Origin: Podarcis filfolensis | Lineage: Eukaryota | DNA length: 64,000 nt | Strand: one strand, 5' to 3' | NCBI GenBank assembly: GCA_964270895.1 | Contig: OZ185441.1 | Part shown: piece by piece, positions 23,795-35,108 of the stretch | How positions within the stretch are numbered: position 1 is the stretch's first letter | Layout: the number at the start of each line of letters is the position of its first letter | The notes under the pieces: model-generated | The model's database searches: none | The model's input: the letters and a program-made list of their open reading frames with translations, nothing else | Told to the model about the DNA's origin: nothing | Made by a program: the position numbers and the translations under genes

Positions 23795-26215
23795 ATGGAC
23801 AACAGGCACAAAGAGAAAAATGGGTCGGTAAAAAGGCAAGTACCACTCCTCTTGTTATTGTCCTTGTTGTGCCAGACTGCCTCAGAGCACGTTCAGTATT
23901 CTATTGCTGAGGAAATGGAAAAAGGCTCCATTGTAGGAAATCTTGCCAAAGATTTGGAGCTGAATGCTGGAGAAATAGCAAATCGCAATCTGCATATCCT
24001 TTCCCTAGGTAAAAAGCAATATTTCTCTCTCAGTGCAGAAAATGGGAATCTATATGTAAATGACAGGATAGACAGAGAAGGAATATGTGGAAGCAATGCA
24101 TTTTGCCTCATTAGTTTTGAAGCGATGGTTGAAAATCCTATGAATATTTTTCATGTTACTGTACAGATCCAGGATATCAATGATAATGCACCACATTTTG
24201 TGAATGAGAATATCAAACTAGAGACAAGTGAACTCACTTTGCCAGGAGCCCGATTTGTGCTTGGGTTTGCTGAAGATCCAGATGTTGGAATAAATTCTCT
24301 CCAGAATTACCACCTTATGCCCAATCAGTATTTCATAGTAGAAGCTAGAGAGAGAGAAGATGGGAAGAAATATGCAGAATTAGTACTGAATAAACAGTTG
24401 GATCGAGAAAGTGAAAGCAGTTTCCATTTAATTCTTATGGCTCTGGATGGAGGGAAGCCTGCCAAAACTGGTACAGCCAAAATATGGATCAGTGTCATTG
24501 ATGTAAATGATAATTCACCAATCTTTACACAAGAAGTGTACAAGGTCTGTCTTAAAGAGAATACCCCAAAAGGATCTTCAGTAATACAAGTGAAAGCCAC
24601 AGATAGAGATGAAGGCTCAAATGGTCATATCATGTATAGTTTTAGCAACATCCCTGAAAACACTCACAAAAAATTCTTCCTAAATCCCCAAAATGGGACA
24701 ATTACAGTTAAGGAGTTGTTGGACTACGAAGAAGCAGAGAAATATGCAATGACAGTAGAAGCAAGAGACGGAGGTGGATTAGTGACTCATTGCAGTGTTG
24801 AAATAAAGCTATTAGATGAGAATGACAATGCCCCAGAAGTGATCCTGGCTTCCTTATCCAGCCCAATTCCTGAAGATTCTGCAATAGGAACCCTGGTAGC
24901 CCTTATCAATGTAAACGATAAAGATTCTGAAGACAATGGGAACATTACTTGTCATTTACAAAGTCAGTGGCAATTTAGAATAATTGCTACATCCAATAAC
25001 TTCTATAAGTTGGTTACAGATGCCCCCTTGGACAGAGAAAGCACTCCAGAATACAATATCACAATTACAGCCACAGACAAAGGTGCACCACCTCTTTCCA
25101 CCCACAGAACCATCTCCCTGCAGATTTCAGATATCAATGATAACCCCCCAGCTTTTGAAAAATCTTCCTATGTCACCTATTTGTCAGAGAACAATCCAGC
25201 CGGAACTTCCATTTTCCGTGTAAAGGCTACAGATGCAGATCTAGAGTACAACTCGCAAATCACTTATTCTCTGCTCAATAGTATTATGGAGAACCTGCCT
25301 CTGTCCTCTTATATCTCCATTAACTCAGAAAATGGCATGATCTATGCCCAACGCTCCTTTGACTATGAACAAATCAAGGAGTTTCAGTTCCAAGTGAAAG
25401 CACAAGATGGTGGCTCCCCACCACTCAGCAGAAACACCACAGTGAAAGTGTTCATTGTGGATCAGAATGATAACAATCCTCAAATCCTCTACCCTTCGCA
25501 GGAAGTCAAGGGTTCATCCTTGTTTGAGATGGTGCCTCGCTCAGCAGAAGAAGATTATCTGGTGACCAAGGTAGTGGCAGTAGATGCTGATTCTGGACAT
25601 AATGCCTGGCTCTCTTACCACCTGCTTCAAGCTACAGAGCCAGCATTGTTCAGAATTGGGTCCCACACTGGGGAAATCAGGACCTCACGGGCTTTTCTGG
25701 AAAGAGATGCTGTGAAGCAGAAGCTCATCATCTTAGTCAAGGATAATGGGCAGCCGCCACTATCCGCTACCGTGAGTCTCAACCTGGTGTTTGCTGAGAA
25801 CTTCCAAGAAGCACTCCCAGAAGTGAGCAGCGAAAGTATTGATTCACATAATCAATCTGACCTACAGTTTTATTTAGTATTAACTTTAGCTGTGATTTCA
25901 TTCTTATTTCTCCTTACGGTGATTCTGGCAGTTGTTACGAAGCTTCGCACATCAAGCAGTCCTCAGTTCCTTCAGTGCTTTGGTCCTGCTCCTTTTTCAA
26001 AGGCTGGTACCGTATTCCCACCAAATTTTGAAGAAGGGACTTTACCCCACACCTACCAGCTCTGTCTGTCCTCAGAGACCAGGAAAAATGAGTTTGCATT
26101 CCTGACACCTAACGTTCAGATTGCAGACAATGTTATCTGTGATGACAAAACTGCTCCACCTTTTACAGGCAGCAGAGAAAACCATTTTAATTCTGAGATG
26201 GATAATACAAACATG
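23795..26215 (+). CDS. PCDHGB: Protocadherin gamma-B-like variable exon V5 (807 codons from ATG 23795; in-frame upstream ATG at 23756)
   Basis: MDNRHKEKNG aligns with the starts of paralogs. Full domain set. Donor ATG|GTGAGT at 26215/26216, phase 0. Confidence 0.93.
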
Positions 26216-27476
26216 GTGAGTTTTCATTCTAGATATTATTCACATCTACTGCACTACTTTTAAACTGTGTCTATATATGAAGAACTATATTGTAGATAGT
26301 GGATGTATCTTCCAATAGATTCATAATGATGTACAGACTGAGGAAAAGAAATATAATTTCTTTTATAACAGATGCTAAATAGTCCTTGTTTTTCTAGTTG
26401 CTTCAACTTTAATGAAGCAATCATTTTATCTATATTAATTCTGACTAATCCTACTGTCATTATAGACGTGCTCTGCAGTTACTTATTTACAGATCTATAT
26501 ATTGCCATCTATATGGATACTTAATAAGATGGATAAATGTGCATATATGTCACAGTCTGGAAGTGACGGGAGTGGAGAAGGAGGAAGGAAGAGGAAGCGA
26601 TAAATAATTTTGGATCCCACCCACTTAGTTCACATCTTATGATATCATTTCATAGCACCCCTGTGTGCAATGAAAATTGGGGTGCTTTACAATGTCTGCC
26701 ATTTGATACTGCAATATTCTTTCACCTTTAATTGCAATGAATACTAGAGGAATTATTTATACACCTAATAGTCAGATAATTAGCAATCTCTTCAGTTTTC
26801 ATTTGTTCTTACAGCTTGTCACTACCTGCTCAAATTCCCAATCCTCAACTTAGAATTGAAACAATCAGCACCCTTCTGTGATCTTGGGCTGTGCCATTTA
26901 AGATTTTGGATAGAGGAATCTAATATTTGAAGATTCCACACATTAACCAAATAACTTCCTACCCAAACAAAATGATCAGGTGAGGAAAGAGGCAAAAACT
27001 AACTTAGCACTGACAAGCTAGGGTGGGCATTCAGGTTCAGATCCAGTTATCTGTGTGTGGATACTTTGTTGCTGGATGAGGGTGGATGCATATTCCAAAC
27101 ATTCGGCAAAGCATTTTTCTTAACTTATTTCAGAGATAGGGTGGTGGTAATTTTCTCCATATTTTTGAATTAGTTTGGTCACTCATTTCGAATCATTTGC
27201 TATAATTCTACACTTTTATGATTTTTTTAAAAAAAAGGAAAAAAGAATCAGTTTTCAAACCAGTTTAGAAAGAAAGAGATGATAAAGATTTCAGAGAAGC
27301 AGAGAATTTGAGAATACTTGATGCTGTTTTATGTGACAAAATCAGAACTGGATAATTCATGTCATGCTTAGCATCACAACACAGTATAAGATAAATTGTT
27401 TTTTCCCCTAAACACTTGACAGAATCACATTGCTACAGACATGCTTGATGTCACATGAAGCTCCTAGAAATGTAGT

Positions 27477-27770
27477 TGTTATGTACTGAAGTTCTCACCC
27501 TGAGCCAGCAGGCGGACACTGTAGATAGTTATGCAAATGAAAGATCGAAAGTGACGTTCAGTGGTTGGATAGTTTGTATGCAAATAAAGGATCGAAAGTG
27601 ACGTTCAGTGATTGGACAGTTTTAGAAAGTTGCTACAGTAACGTTGTACTGGAGCTCTATATAAGCAGGCTGACTGAGCTCTTCAGTTCAGTTCTGTTCT
27701 GGCCTCGGAATAAACAAGAGCTGTTTGAAGAATCGCTGTGTCGTCTGATATGTTCACCCACAACTTAACA
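27477..27770 (+). mobile_element. Solo LTR (294 bp) of an LTR retrotransposon
   Basis: TGTTA...TAACA inverted termini, exact 5-bp target duplication GTAGT (27472-27476 and 27771-27775), TATA (27658-27664), AATAAA (27709-27714), internal 47-bp-period duplication. Confidence 0.9.
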
Positions 27771-28197
27771 GTAGTGCTTATAGAAAGAAAGTTCTTGTGG
27801 TATAGCAGTTTGACTTTTGAACTAGGGGCCCCTTGAGACAACCTGTTTATTGAGAAGTTATTCTGATTTACTTGCACAAAGCTTACTGGGAAGGTTAGAC
27901 TATATCTTTCTTGCACGCTTGTTCTGATTTGTTTGCAGGGAGGTTCTGTGACAATGAGCATGGATCCTGATTTGTTTCTGCAGCATTTATACATCTTCCC
28001 ATGAATCATTCATTCACCTCACTCTTTCCAGTGCATTTCCCTAGCACTTGCCTAACCACAAAAGTCCCATTTTTTACAAACAGATTTATTGTGCAGTGAC
28101 AGCAAAGCACTTCAGTCCAATTTAATTGTGTGCTTGAATCCCTCCCACAAAATTCTGAAAGTTTGGAGGTGAAAGGATTGGGGAGATAAAGGTTAAC

Positions 28198-28336
28198 ATC
28201 CTCACTCAGCCATGAAGCTCACCGGGTGAACTTGAGCCTGTCACTGACCTATCAACCTAACCAACATCATTTCTATTGTGAAGAGAAAAGAGGGGTGGGG
28301 GCCATGTAAGCTCATTGGAGGAAAGGCAAAATATAA
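28198..28336 (+). mobile_element. Degenerate SINE fragment (same family as 33426-33630)
   Basis: catgaagctcaccgggtgaacttgagcctgtcact...ttggaggaaagg is homologous to the element at 33426. Confidence 0.55.
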
Positions 28337-28486
28337 TTATAATACAAAAAATATTAGGAGTCCTTTAAAATCCATTTTTGTATTTATTTGTAGTGCTCTG
28401 CCCTGTTTGAGACTGCATGTAAACATTTCAATCAGAAAAACACTATTGTTTAAAATAGGATTCAGCAATTCTTAGGATTCAGGATT

Positions 28487-28501
28487 CTCTCTCTCTCTCT
28501 A

Positions 28502-28534
<33 letters not shown>

Positions 28535-28554
28535 CTACACATACACACACACAC
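28487..28554. repeat. Compound microsatellite (CT)7-(GT)14-(AC)9 imperfect
   Basis: Read directly from the sequence. Confidence 0.9.
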
Positions 28555-29516
28555 TCCTATGCTTGAACGCAGTGGATCTTCTGAGAGATAAACTACTTGT
28601 TACATAGGAGCTCTGCATTTGGTGATCCTGATATAATTTTCTTCTTTGTAGAAGGAGTCGTGAAGGTTTTCTAATTTTGATCAGGGCCACAACATGAGAA
28701 TGGGCGGGTCTAATGTTTTTCTCTGTGCCATAACCTCAGTGCAGATCACCCAAAGCAACATGTTGGGGGGAAATGAGGCCCAATTAGGTACCCCCTGCAT
28801 CACGGCACTGATCCAAGTCACAGGGTCCACACATACTATTTTAATGCACCGGTACCATGTATTCGGCCTTGAGTTAATGTGCATATGAATGTGTATGTTA
28901 TGGGCACAACCCTTCCTGTTACCTTATCCTTATATTTATTGAGATAAAGTTGCCCTGAGCAAATCTGGGGGCATGGGTGGCATAAACATTTTTAAAATAA
29001 ATATTTTGGAAACATATTTTATCATTATTTTATTCCCATAATTTAAGAGTTATCTATTTTTATAAGAGAGTTGGTTTAAATTCTAGATAGCACAGAAAAG
29101 ATTTATGATCACATGTGTGCATGTATATATACACATGAGTTTCTAGCTGGATTCCACATTATTTAAAATCCGAACAGAAAAAATGCTTATTAAAGTACCA
29201 GAAAATATCAGGGAAACATATTTCATGATATTTCAGACAAGATCGTCACAGTGTCTACCATAGTCCAACTTCCAAGAGACTGTGTGGAGAGTAACAGCCT
29301 ACGATAGCAGGATAATGATTATAAGCAGAGAACAATCAGTTTCCATGGTCAGAAATGCGATTCAATCATGAACCTGGATTGCTACAAAATGTCACACAAA
29401 TGGAGTGGGAGTTTTTATCTAGTCATCTACTGTACTTGCAGCTGATGTATCAGGATGAGAAATGGAAGAATGATGTATCAGGAAGGAAAATGGCATTTCA
29501 GAAAGCACCAAGAAGA

Positions 29517-29558
29517 TGAAGTTATCGTTTTAGGACTCTGGGTGTCGCTGTTTACCAA
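29517..29558 (+). promoter_or_regulatory. CSE / CTCF site of gamma-A-like V6 (CGCT core retained)
   Basis: tgaagttatcgttttaggactctgggtgtcgctgtttaccaa; CGCT at 29546-29549, about 280 bp upstream of the ATG. Confidence 0.88.
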
Positions 29559-29828
29559 CCAAGGCTGAACAATTTAGTAAGAGATTCAACTTTCCCATCC
29601 AACCGCTTCATTGCAGAAAATGCAGAAAGAGAGATCACACGTACGGAATCTGAACAACTGGAGGATCTTATATTAAATCAAATCTGTATTTTAAATACAG
29701 GCAATAGAGATATCTGTGTTGTCTGTGTGTATATATTAAGAATTTCAGTCACATACAGACAAATCTAAAATATAGCCACTCTGTCAAAGAAGTAGGATCT
29801 TCACCTTGGCACAGAAGTACAACTGGCA

Positions 29829-32243
29829 ATGGAAACCTTTTTCCAGGATTGCAGAAGGAGAGCTGTCTTTTGTTTCATTCTGGTTCATGTTTGGCAAGCT
29901 GTTACAGGGCAGATTCATTATTCCATCCCTGAAGAAGCAGAAAAAGGTTCTTTCGTGGGGCCCATCGCAAAAGACCTGAAGCTGGAATTAAAAGAGCTTT
30001 CACTCCGTGGAGTCCGCATTGTTTCTCGAGGTAGGACACAGTATTTTGCTTTGAATTATAAGAGTGGTCATTTGTACGTCACAGAGAGAATAGACAGAGA
30101 GGTGCTCTGTGGACAAGTGGAAAAGTGTGTCTTGAATTTTGATACCATAGTGGGGGATTCAATGAAAGTATATGGTGCTGAAGTGGAAATCACAGATATT
30201 AATGACAACGCTCCCACCTTCCATTCAGAGAAACTGGAGCTCAAAATGAGTGAACTCACAGCACCCGGAACCCACTTTCCCCTCGATGAAGCTCAGGATC
30301 TAGATTTGGGCACCAATACCCTTCAAGGATACAAACTCAGCAACAGTAGCCATTTCTCCCTAAATGTGCAAGAGGCAGTTGATGGTAGACAATACACTGA
30401 ATTGGTACTGGAAAGGCCTTTGGACCGTGAAGAGGAAGCTATTCATAATCTGGTCCTCACAGCATATGATGGGGGAGATCCAGTCAGGACAGGAACTGTA
30501 CAGATTCAAGTGACAGTTTTAGATGCTAATGACAATGCACCAGTTTTTAGCCATCATAGCTATGAAGTAAGCGTTAGGGAAGATACTCCTGTTGGTACCA
30601 CAGTGGTTATATTAAAAGCCATTGACCTGGATGAAGGTGTCAACAAGGAACTGAAATATTCATTCAGAAAGATCACAGAAAGGGCTTCACAAATATTCCA
30701 TTTGAATTCACAAACTGGGGTAATTACGCTTGCAAGAGGCTTAGACTACGAGGAGTCTACACTTCATGAAATTGAGGTCCAGGTCCATGATGGTGGTGAA
30801 CTCTTTGACAAGTCTAAACTTTTGATATTTGTTACTGATGTAAATGACAATGCACCCAAACTGGAAATAACTTCACTTATCAGCTCCATCCCTGAGAACT
30901 CTCCACCAGCGACTGCAATAGCCCTTTTGAATGTGCAAGATGAGGATTCGGCAGAGAATGCAGAAGTCACGTGCTCTATCCCCAGCAACCTCCCCTTTCT
31001 ACTGACAAAAGCCTATGGCAACTACTACAGTTTGGTGACAGCAAGAGCCCTGGACAGAGAGCAGGTGGCAGCCTACAACATCACTGTCACAGTCACGGAT
31101 CACGGGACCCCTCCACTTTCCACATCGATTGTTATTCCACTTGAGATTTTAGACACAAACGACAACCCTCCACACTTCCTGCAATCCATTTATACTTCTT
31201 ATTTAATGGAGAACAACCCAAGAGGGGCCTCCATATTTTCCTTGAAGGCTGATGATCCAGACTGTGGAGAGAACTCCAGAGTCACTTATTCCATCATTGA
31301 GCACAACATCAGTGACTCCCCAGTATCTTCCTTCCTCTCCATTAACTCTGAGACTGGGATTGTCTATGGCCTGATCTCTTTTGATTATGAGGAGATGAGG
31401 GAGATTAAGTTCTTGGTCAAGGCCAGGGACGGAGGTTCTCCACCACTCAGCTCCAACGTCTCAGTGACTCTCTTCATCCTGGACCAGAATGACAACGCTC
31501 CCCAAATCCTATACCCCTCCCCTCCCACTGATGGCTCCACAGGGATAGAGCTGGCCCCTTGCTCCTCAGAGCCAGCCTACCTGGTCACTAAGGTGGTGGC
31601 CGTGGATGCGGACTCTGGCCAGAATGCCTGGCTCTCCTACCAGCTGATCAAGGCCACCGAGCCAGGGCTCTTCACTCTGGGGTTGCACACGGGAGAGATC
31701 AGGACAGCCCGCTTCTTTCTGGAGAAAGATGCCCTCAAGCAAAGCCTGGTGGTTTTAGTGAAGGACAATGGGCAGCCACCTCTCTCTGCTTCAGCCACTC
31801 TGACTGTGGTGCTGGCTGACGCCATCCCTGCAGTCCTCTCAGACCTGAGCAGCATCTCAGCTCCTGTAGAGCCTCCATCTGACCTCACCTTCTACCTGGT
31901 CCTTGCAGTGGCTTTTGTTTCCTGCTTGTTCTTCACTTTCCTCCTTGTGTTACTGGCCATCAAGTTGCACAGGTGGAGAAATTCTCAAATGTTTGAGTCG
32001 GGGAGTGTGAATTTCAGTGGGGCTCCCGTCTCGCAGTTTGTGGGAATTGATGGAGTCCGAGCATTTCTGCACTCCTACTGCCAGGAGGTTTCACTCACCA
32101 CAGACTCAAGGAAAAGTCAGTTTAATATTTCTAAGGCAAATTATTCCAATACGCTGAGCAATAAAGATACATGTGAAATAAAGGATCCCTTCCTCATTGC
32201 TGAAGATACTAATAGCAGTAATGGAGATTCAGCCAATACGCAG
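29829..32243 (+). CDS. PCDHGA: Protocadherin gamma-A-like variable exon V6 (805 codons)
   Basis: Gamma-A hallmarks: [16 protein letters not shown] in EC1, [19 protein letters not shown], and tail [27 protein letters not shown]. Donor CAG|GTGAGC at 32243/32244, phase 0. Confidence 0.93.
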
Positions 32244-33425
32244 GTGAGCTATCCCTTTCAGATCTGGGGTCTGAGGTTTTAAATATAATGTCTGCTATTA
32301 ATTGTTATGTGCTTTTATGAAGAGGGGGTTGGAAGAACATTCTTCCACTCATATTATTTTATCTTTACCAGAAACTTATAGTTTTTGGTATTTGAAAATA
32401 CCTATGCCACACATACAACAAGCACACCACTTTTCCCCATAAAAACTAGACTTCTCTTGGTCAAAAGAAGTATTTGTCAGAGTCCCCCAGGAAAGAAAGA
32501 ATCAGAGTGAATGTTTGCTTACTCTCTTTGACAAGAAAAACTATTTCATAGTTGTTATATAAGTAGATTTGAGATCAAAACAATATTATGCATTTATTTG
32601 CCTTGTTCGAAGTATAATGTATGCCTAGTTCTTAGATGACACACACTTCTAAGTGAGGACCATACCCAGGTTTTATCACTCACCACTCTTGTGGATGGGG
32701 AAATTCATTTCTAACCCCACATATGGTGACAGACCCATAATATGATCAAAACTCATCAGCTGTATTTTCCCAATGGAAGCCTGAGACAGTTCAGGAGTTT
32801 GAGATGATTGGGAAGCTTTAGAACATGCTAAATTAAAACATTACAGTCATTATACAACAACTGCATTAATCGAATCTTATTGAGAAGTATGCAAACCTTT
32901 GGAGTTAATTATGTGCTTTCACACCTTGAGTATAAAATCTAGGGCTAGTTCATGTGAACAACTACATCACTTGTTAACTGTGTGAACACAGTTTGATCAC
33001 TTGGCAGCTGAACTGATATGCTGGATTTGTTTCAGAACATTCAGCCATTTTATTTGTGGTGTGACATCTGTGTTCACACTAGATGCTGCAGTCATCAAAT
33101 GATAAATATGCACATGTGAACCGGGACCTACTGTCATCTGTTTGTAAACCAATTTCATTGCAGTCTTTGATTCTCCATAATATTAAATATTTAGTTATAG
33201 GAATTTGGCTTTATGTGACAGAGTATATTATCTTTAACCAGCAGTCTATGCATAGTGATTTCAGTTTATGTTTTTACCAGTTTAGGAGAAAGAAAAGAAT
33301 GAGAAATATCTAGAAAAAGTATCTCAAGTATGAACAGAATATGTTTCACATAAGTAGACGTTTTAATAATAAGTGTATTGTGTCAATGCTTAAGTATGAC
33401 AGCTTTGAGAGGTTCTATATTTGAA

Positions 33426-33630
33426 GCCTGTGGTGCAATGGACAGAATGTTGAACCATGGAATCTTGAGTTCAAATAATTACTCATCCAAAAAGAAGCTC
33501 ACTGGGCAGCGCTGGTCACATCTCTCTCAGCCTGGCCTTTCTCCAGGGTTGTTGAGAAGATAAAATGGAATGATCCCACACTCACATACCTCTAAGCTGC
33601 CCTGAACTTCTTGGAGGAAAAGTGGGATAA
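33426..33630 (+). mobile_element. Degenerate tRNA-derived SINE, near full length
   Basis: tRNA-like head (gtggtgcaatggacagaatgttg...gagttcaaat), body ...ctctctcagcctggcc...gggttgttg.gaagataaaatg..., end ttggaggaaaagtgggataa. Confidence 0.6.
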
Positions 33631-33705
33631 ACAGGTGACCAATAATAATCTCTACTCCCCCACATTTGGAATTCTATAGCTGAGTGGTGGAATTCTATAG
33701 TTTGT

Positions 33706-33830
33706 TGTACTCAGAAGGTCCCAGATTCAATTCTTACCCTCTCCAGCTAAAGGATCTCCAGGAACATAGCTGGGAACGATCTCTCCATGAGACCGAGAAG
33801 AGCCACTTGATGGAAAATGTGGTCTTCTCT
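33706..33830 (+). mobile_element. Degenerate squamate SINE-like fragment
   Basis: cagaaggtcccagattcaattc...ctccagg...agctgggaacgatctctcc resembles from memory a common squamate SINE; related to 2755-2865. Confidence 0.45.
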
Positions 33831-34802
33831 GGTGTCTCATCTTAGAACTGTACAGCAGCATAGTTTTTAGGATGTCTGGATTGCTCATGATCCTCCATAA
33901 TGCTAAGGTGGCAAAGCCAGGGGAACATTGCAGCCTGTATGTATGATATGCAGACAATGTCACTGACACAAGTATTTGGTAAGGTCACAAAGTAAGAGAA
34001 GTACATACATGGGTGGTTGGGTTTATTGGCTGCTTGTCCCACTAGCATTAGAACCTGCCTTGCCCTCAATGCCCATCTGAGACAGTCCTGTGCAGAAGGA
34101 TATATGCCAATGCCAAAAGCAGCAACCCCACATCTCCTTTTCTCTAATCTGTAACATCTAGTCAATCTTGTTGCAATTTTCCTCACTTCATTGGTTGCCA
34201 CATGCATGGGTGGTGAAGCTTTGAAAGCAATGGCATCATGTTACACCTTTTGTTTTACTTTGAGTTCTTTTGGTGAGAGAGGGAGACACAGAACTGCTGC
34301 TTTTGATGCCAGCCACACATCCTTTGAAAGAACATCTAGTTCCAGCCTTAACGCTATTCATTTCCCCAAAAAAGGTTACACAGAGACATCTCTGGTCAGG
34401 CAGAAGTGTCCAAATAAAGTATGAGCTTCTGACTGAGAAAATATAAATACTTCTGCAAACTGAATTGTAAAAGTACTACATCTCTGGAAATTTCTGGTAT
34501 GACAATTTCAGGAGCTAGAATTCGTGGCATTTTTGTTGGCAATAACGAAGGTATTGCCTGACCATGGAGTTTGAAAGTTCTCTTCATAGTCACAGTAGCA
34601 GTTCCAAGACATTAAAAGTCACTGGCCAGAATGAAAGAATCTAAAAAGTGAGTCTAAAAAGCAACGAAGTATTAATTCCAAAAGAGCCAAAGGAGGGCAT
34701 TCTCAAATATCTGGCTCTTTCAGTTGTCCTTTTTCCTGGAACACAAAGATATGATCATACTGGTAGTATTTCTGCTTTTTATTTTCATAACAAAACAACA
34801 TT

Positions 34803-34844
34803 TGCAATTCTCTCTCTGAGCCTCAGAGTGTCACTGTTGGCCAG
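34803..34844 (+). promoter_or_regulatory. CSE / CTCF site of V7 (CACT core)
   Basis: tgcaattctctctctgagcctcagagtgtcactgttggccag; core 34832-34835. Confidence 0.85.
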
Positions 34845-35108
34845 TGTGGTGCCAGAAAAAAGGATAGAGATCTAGCTATGCTTCTCCTCCAAAGTGAGTG
34901 TTTCATCAGTTCTATACAGACTGGGCAAAGAGAAAAACACAAAGGCGTTGCAGTCTGCCTGAAAAAAAGGAAAAGGCTCCCAATCCTCACAATCTAAGAA
35001 GGAAGGCAGTTTATATTTACTTACAGAGATTTCCTCTGTGCTATTGAGAAACTGAACTGGTCACTACAAGCTGCAGAAAAGGAGGCAGAAAATTTCTCAG
35101 TGATCTGG

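Noticed and set aside
34612-34635. gtcactggccag, a CSE-like string upstream of the V7 CSE (also gtcactg at 28246 and cgctg in the LTR)
   Set aside because: Lacks the TGTT and upstream TGCAG modules; no orphan promoter or relic exon was found in any spacer.
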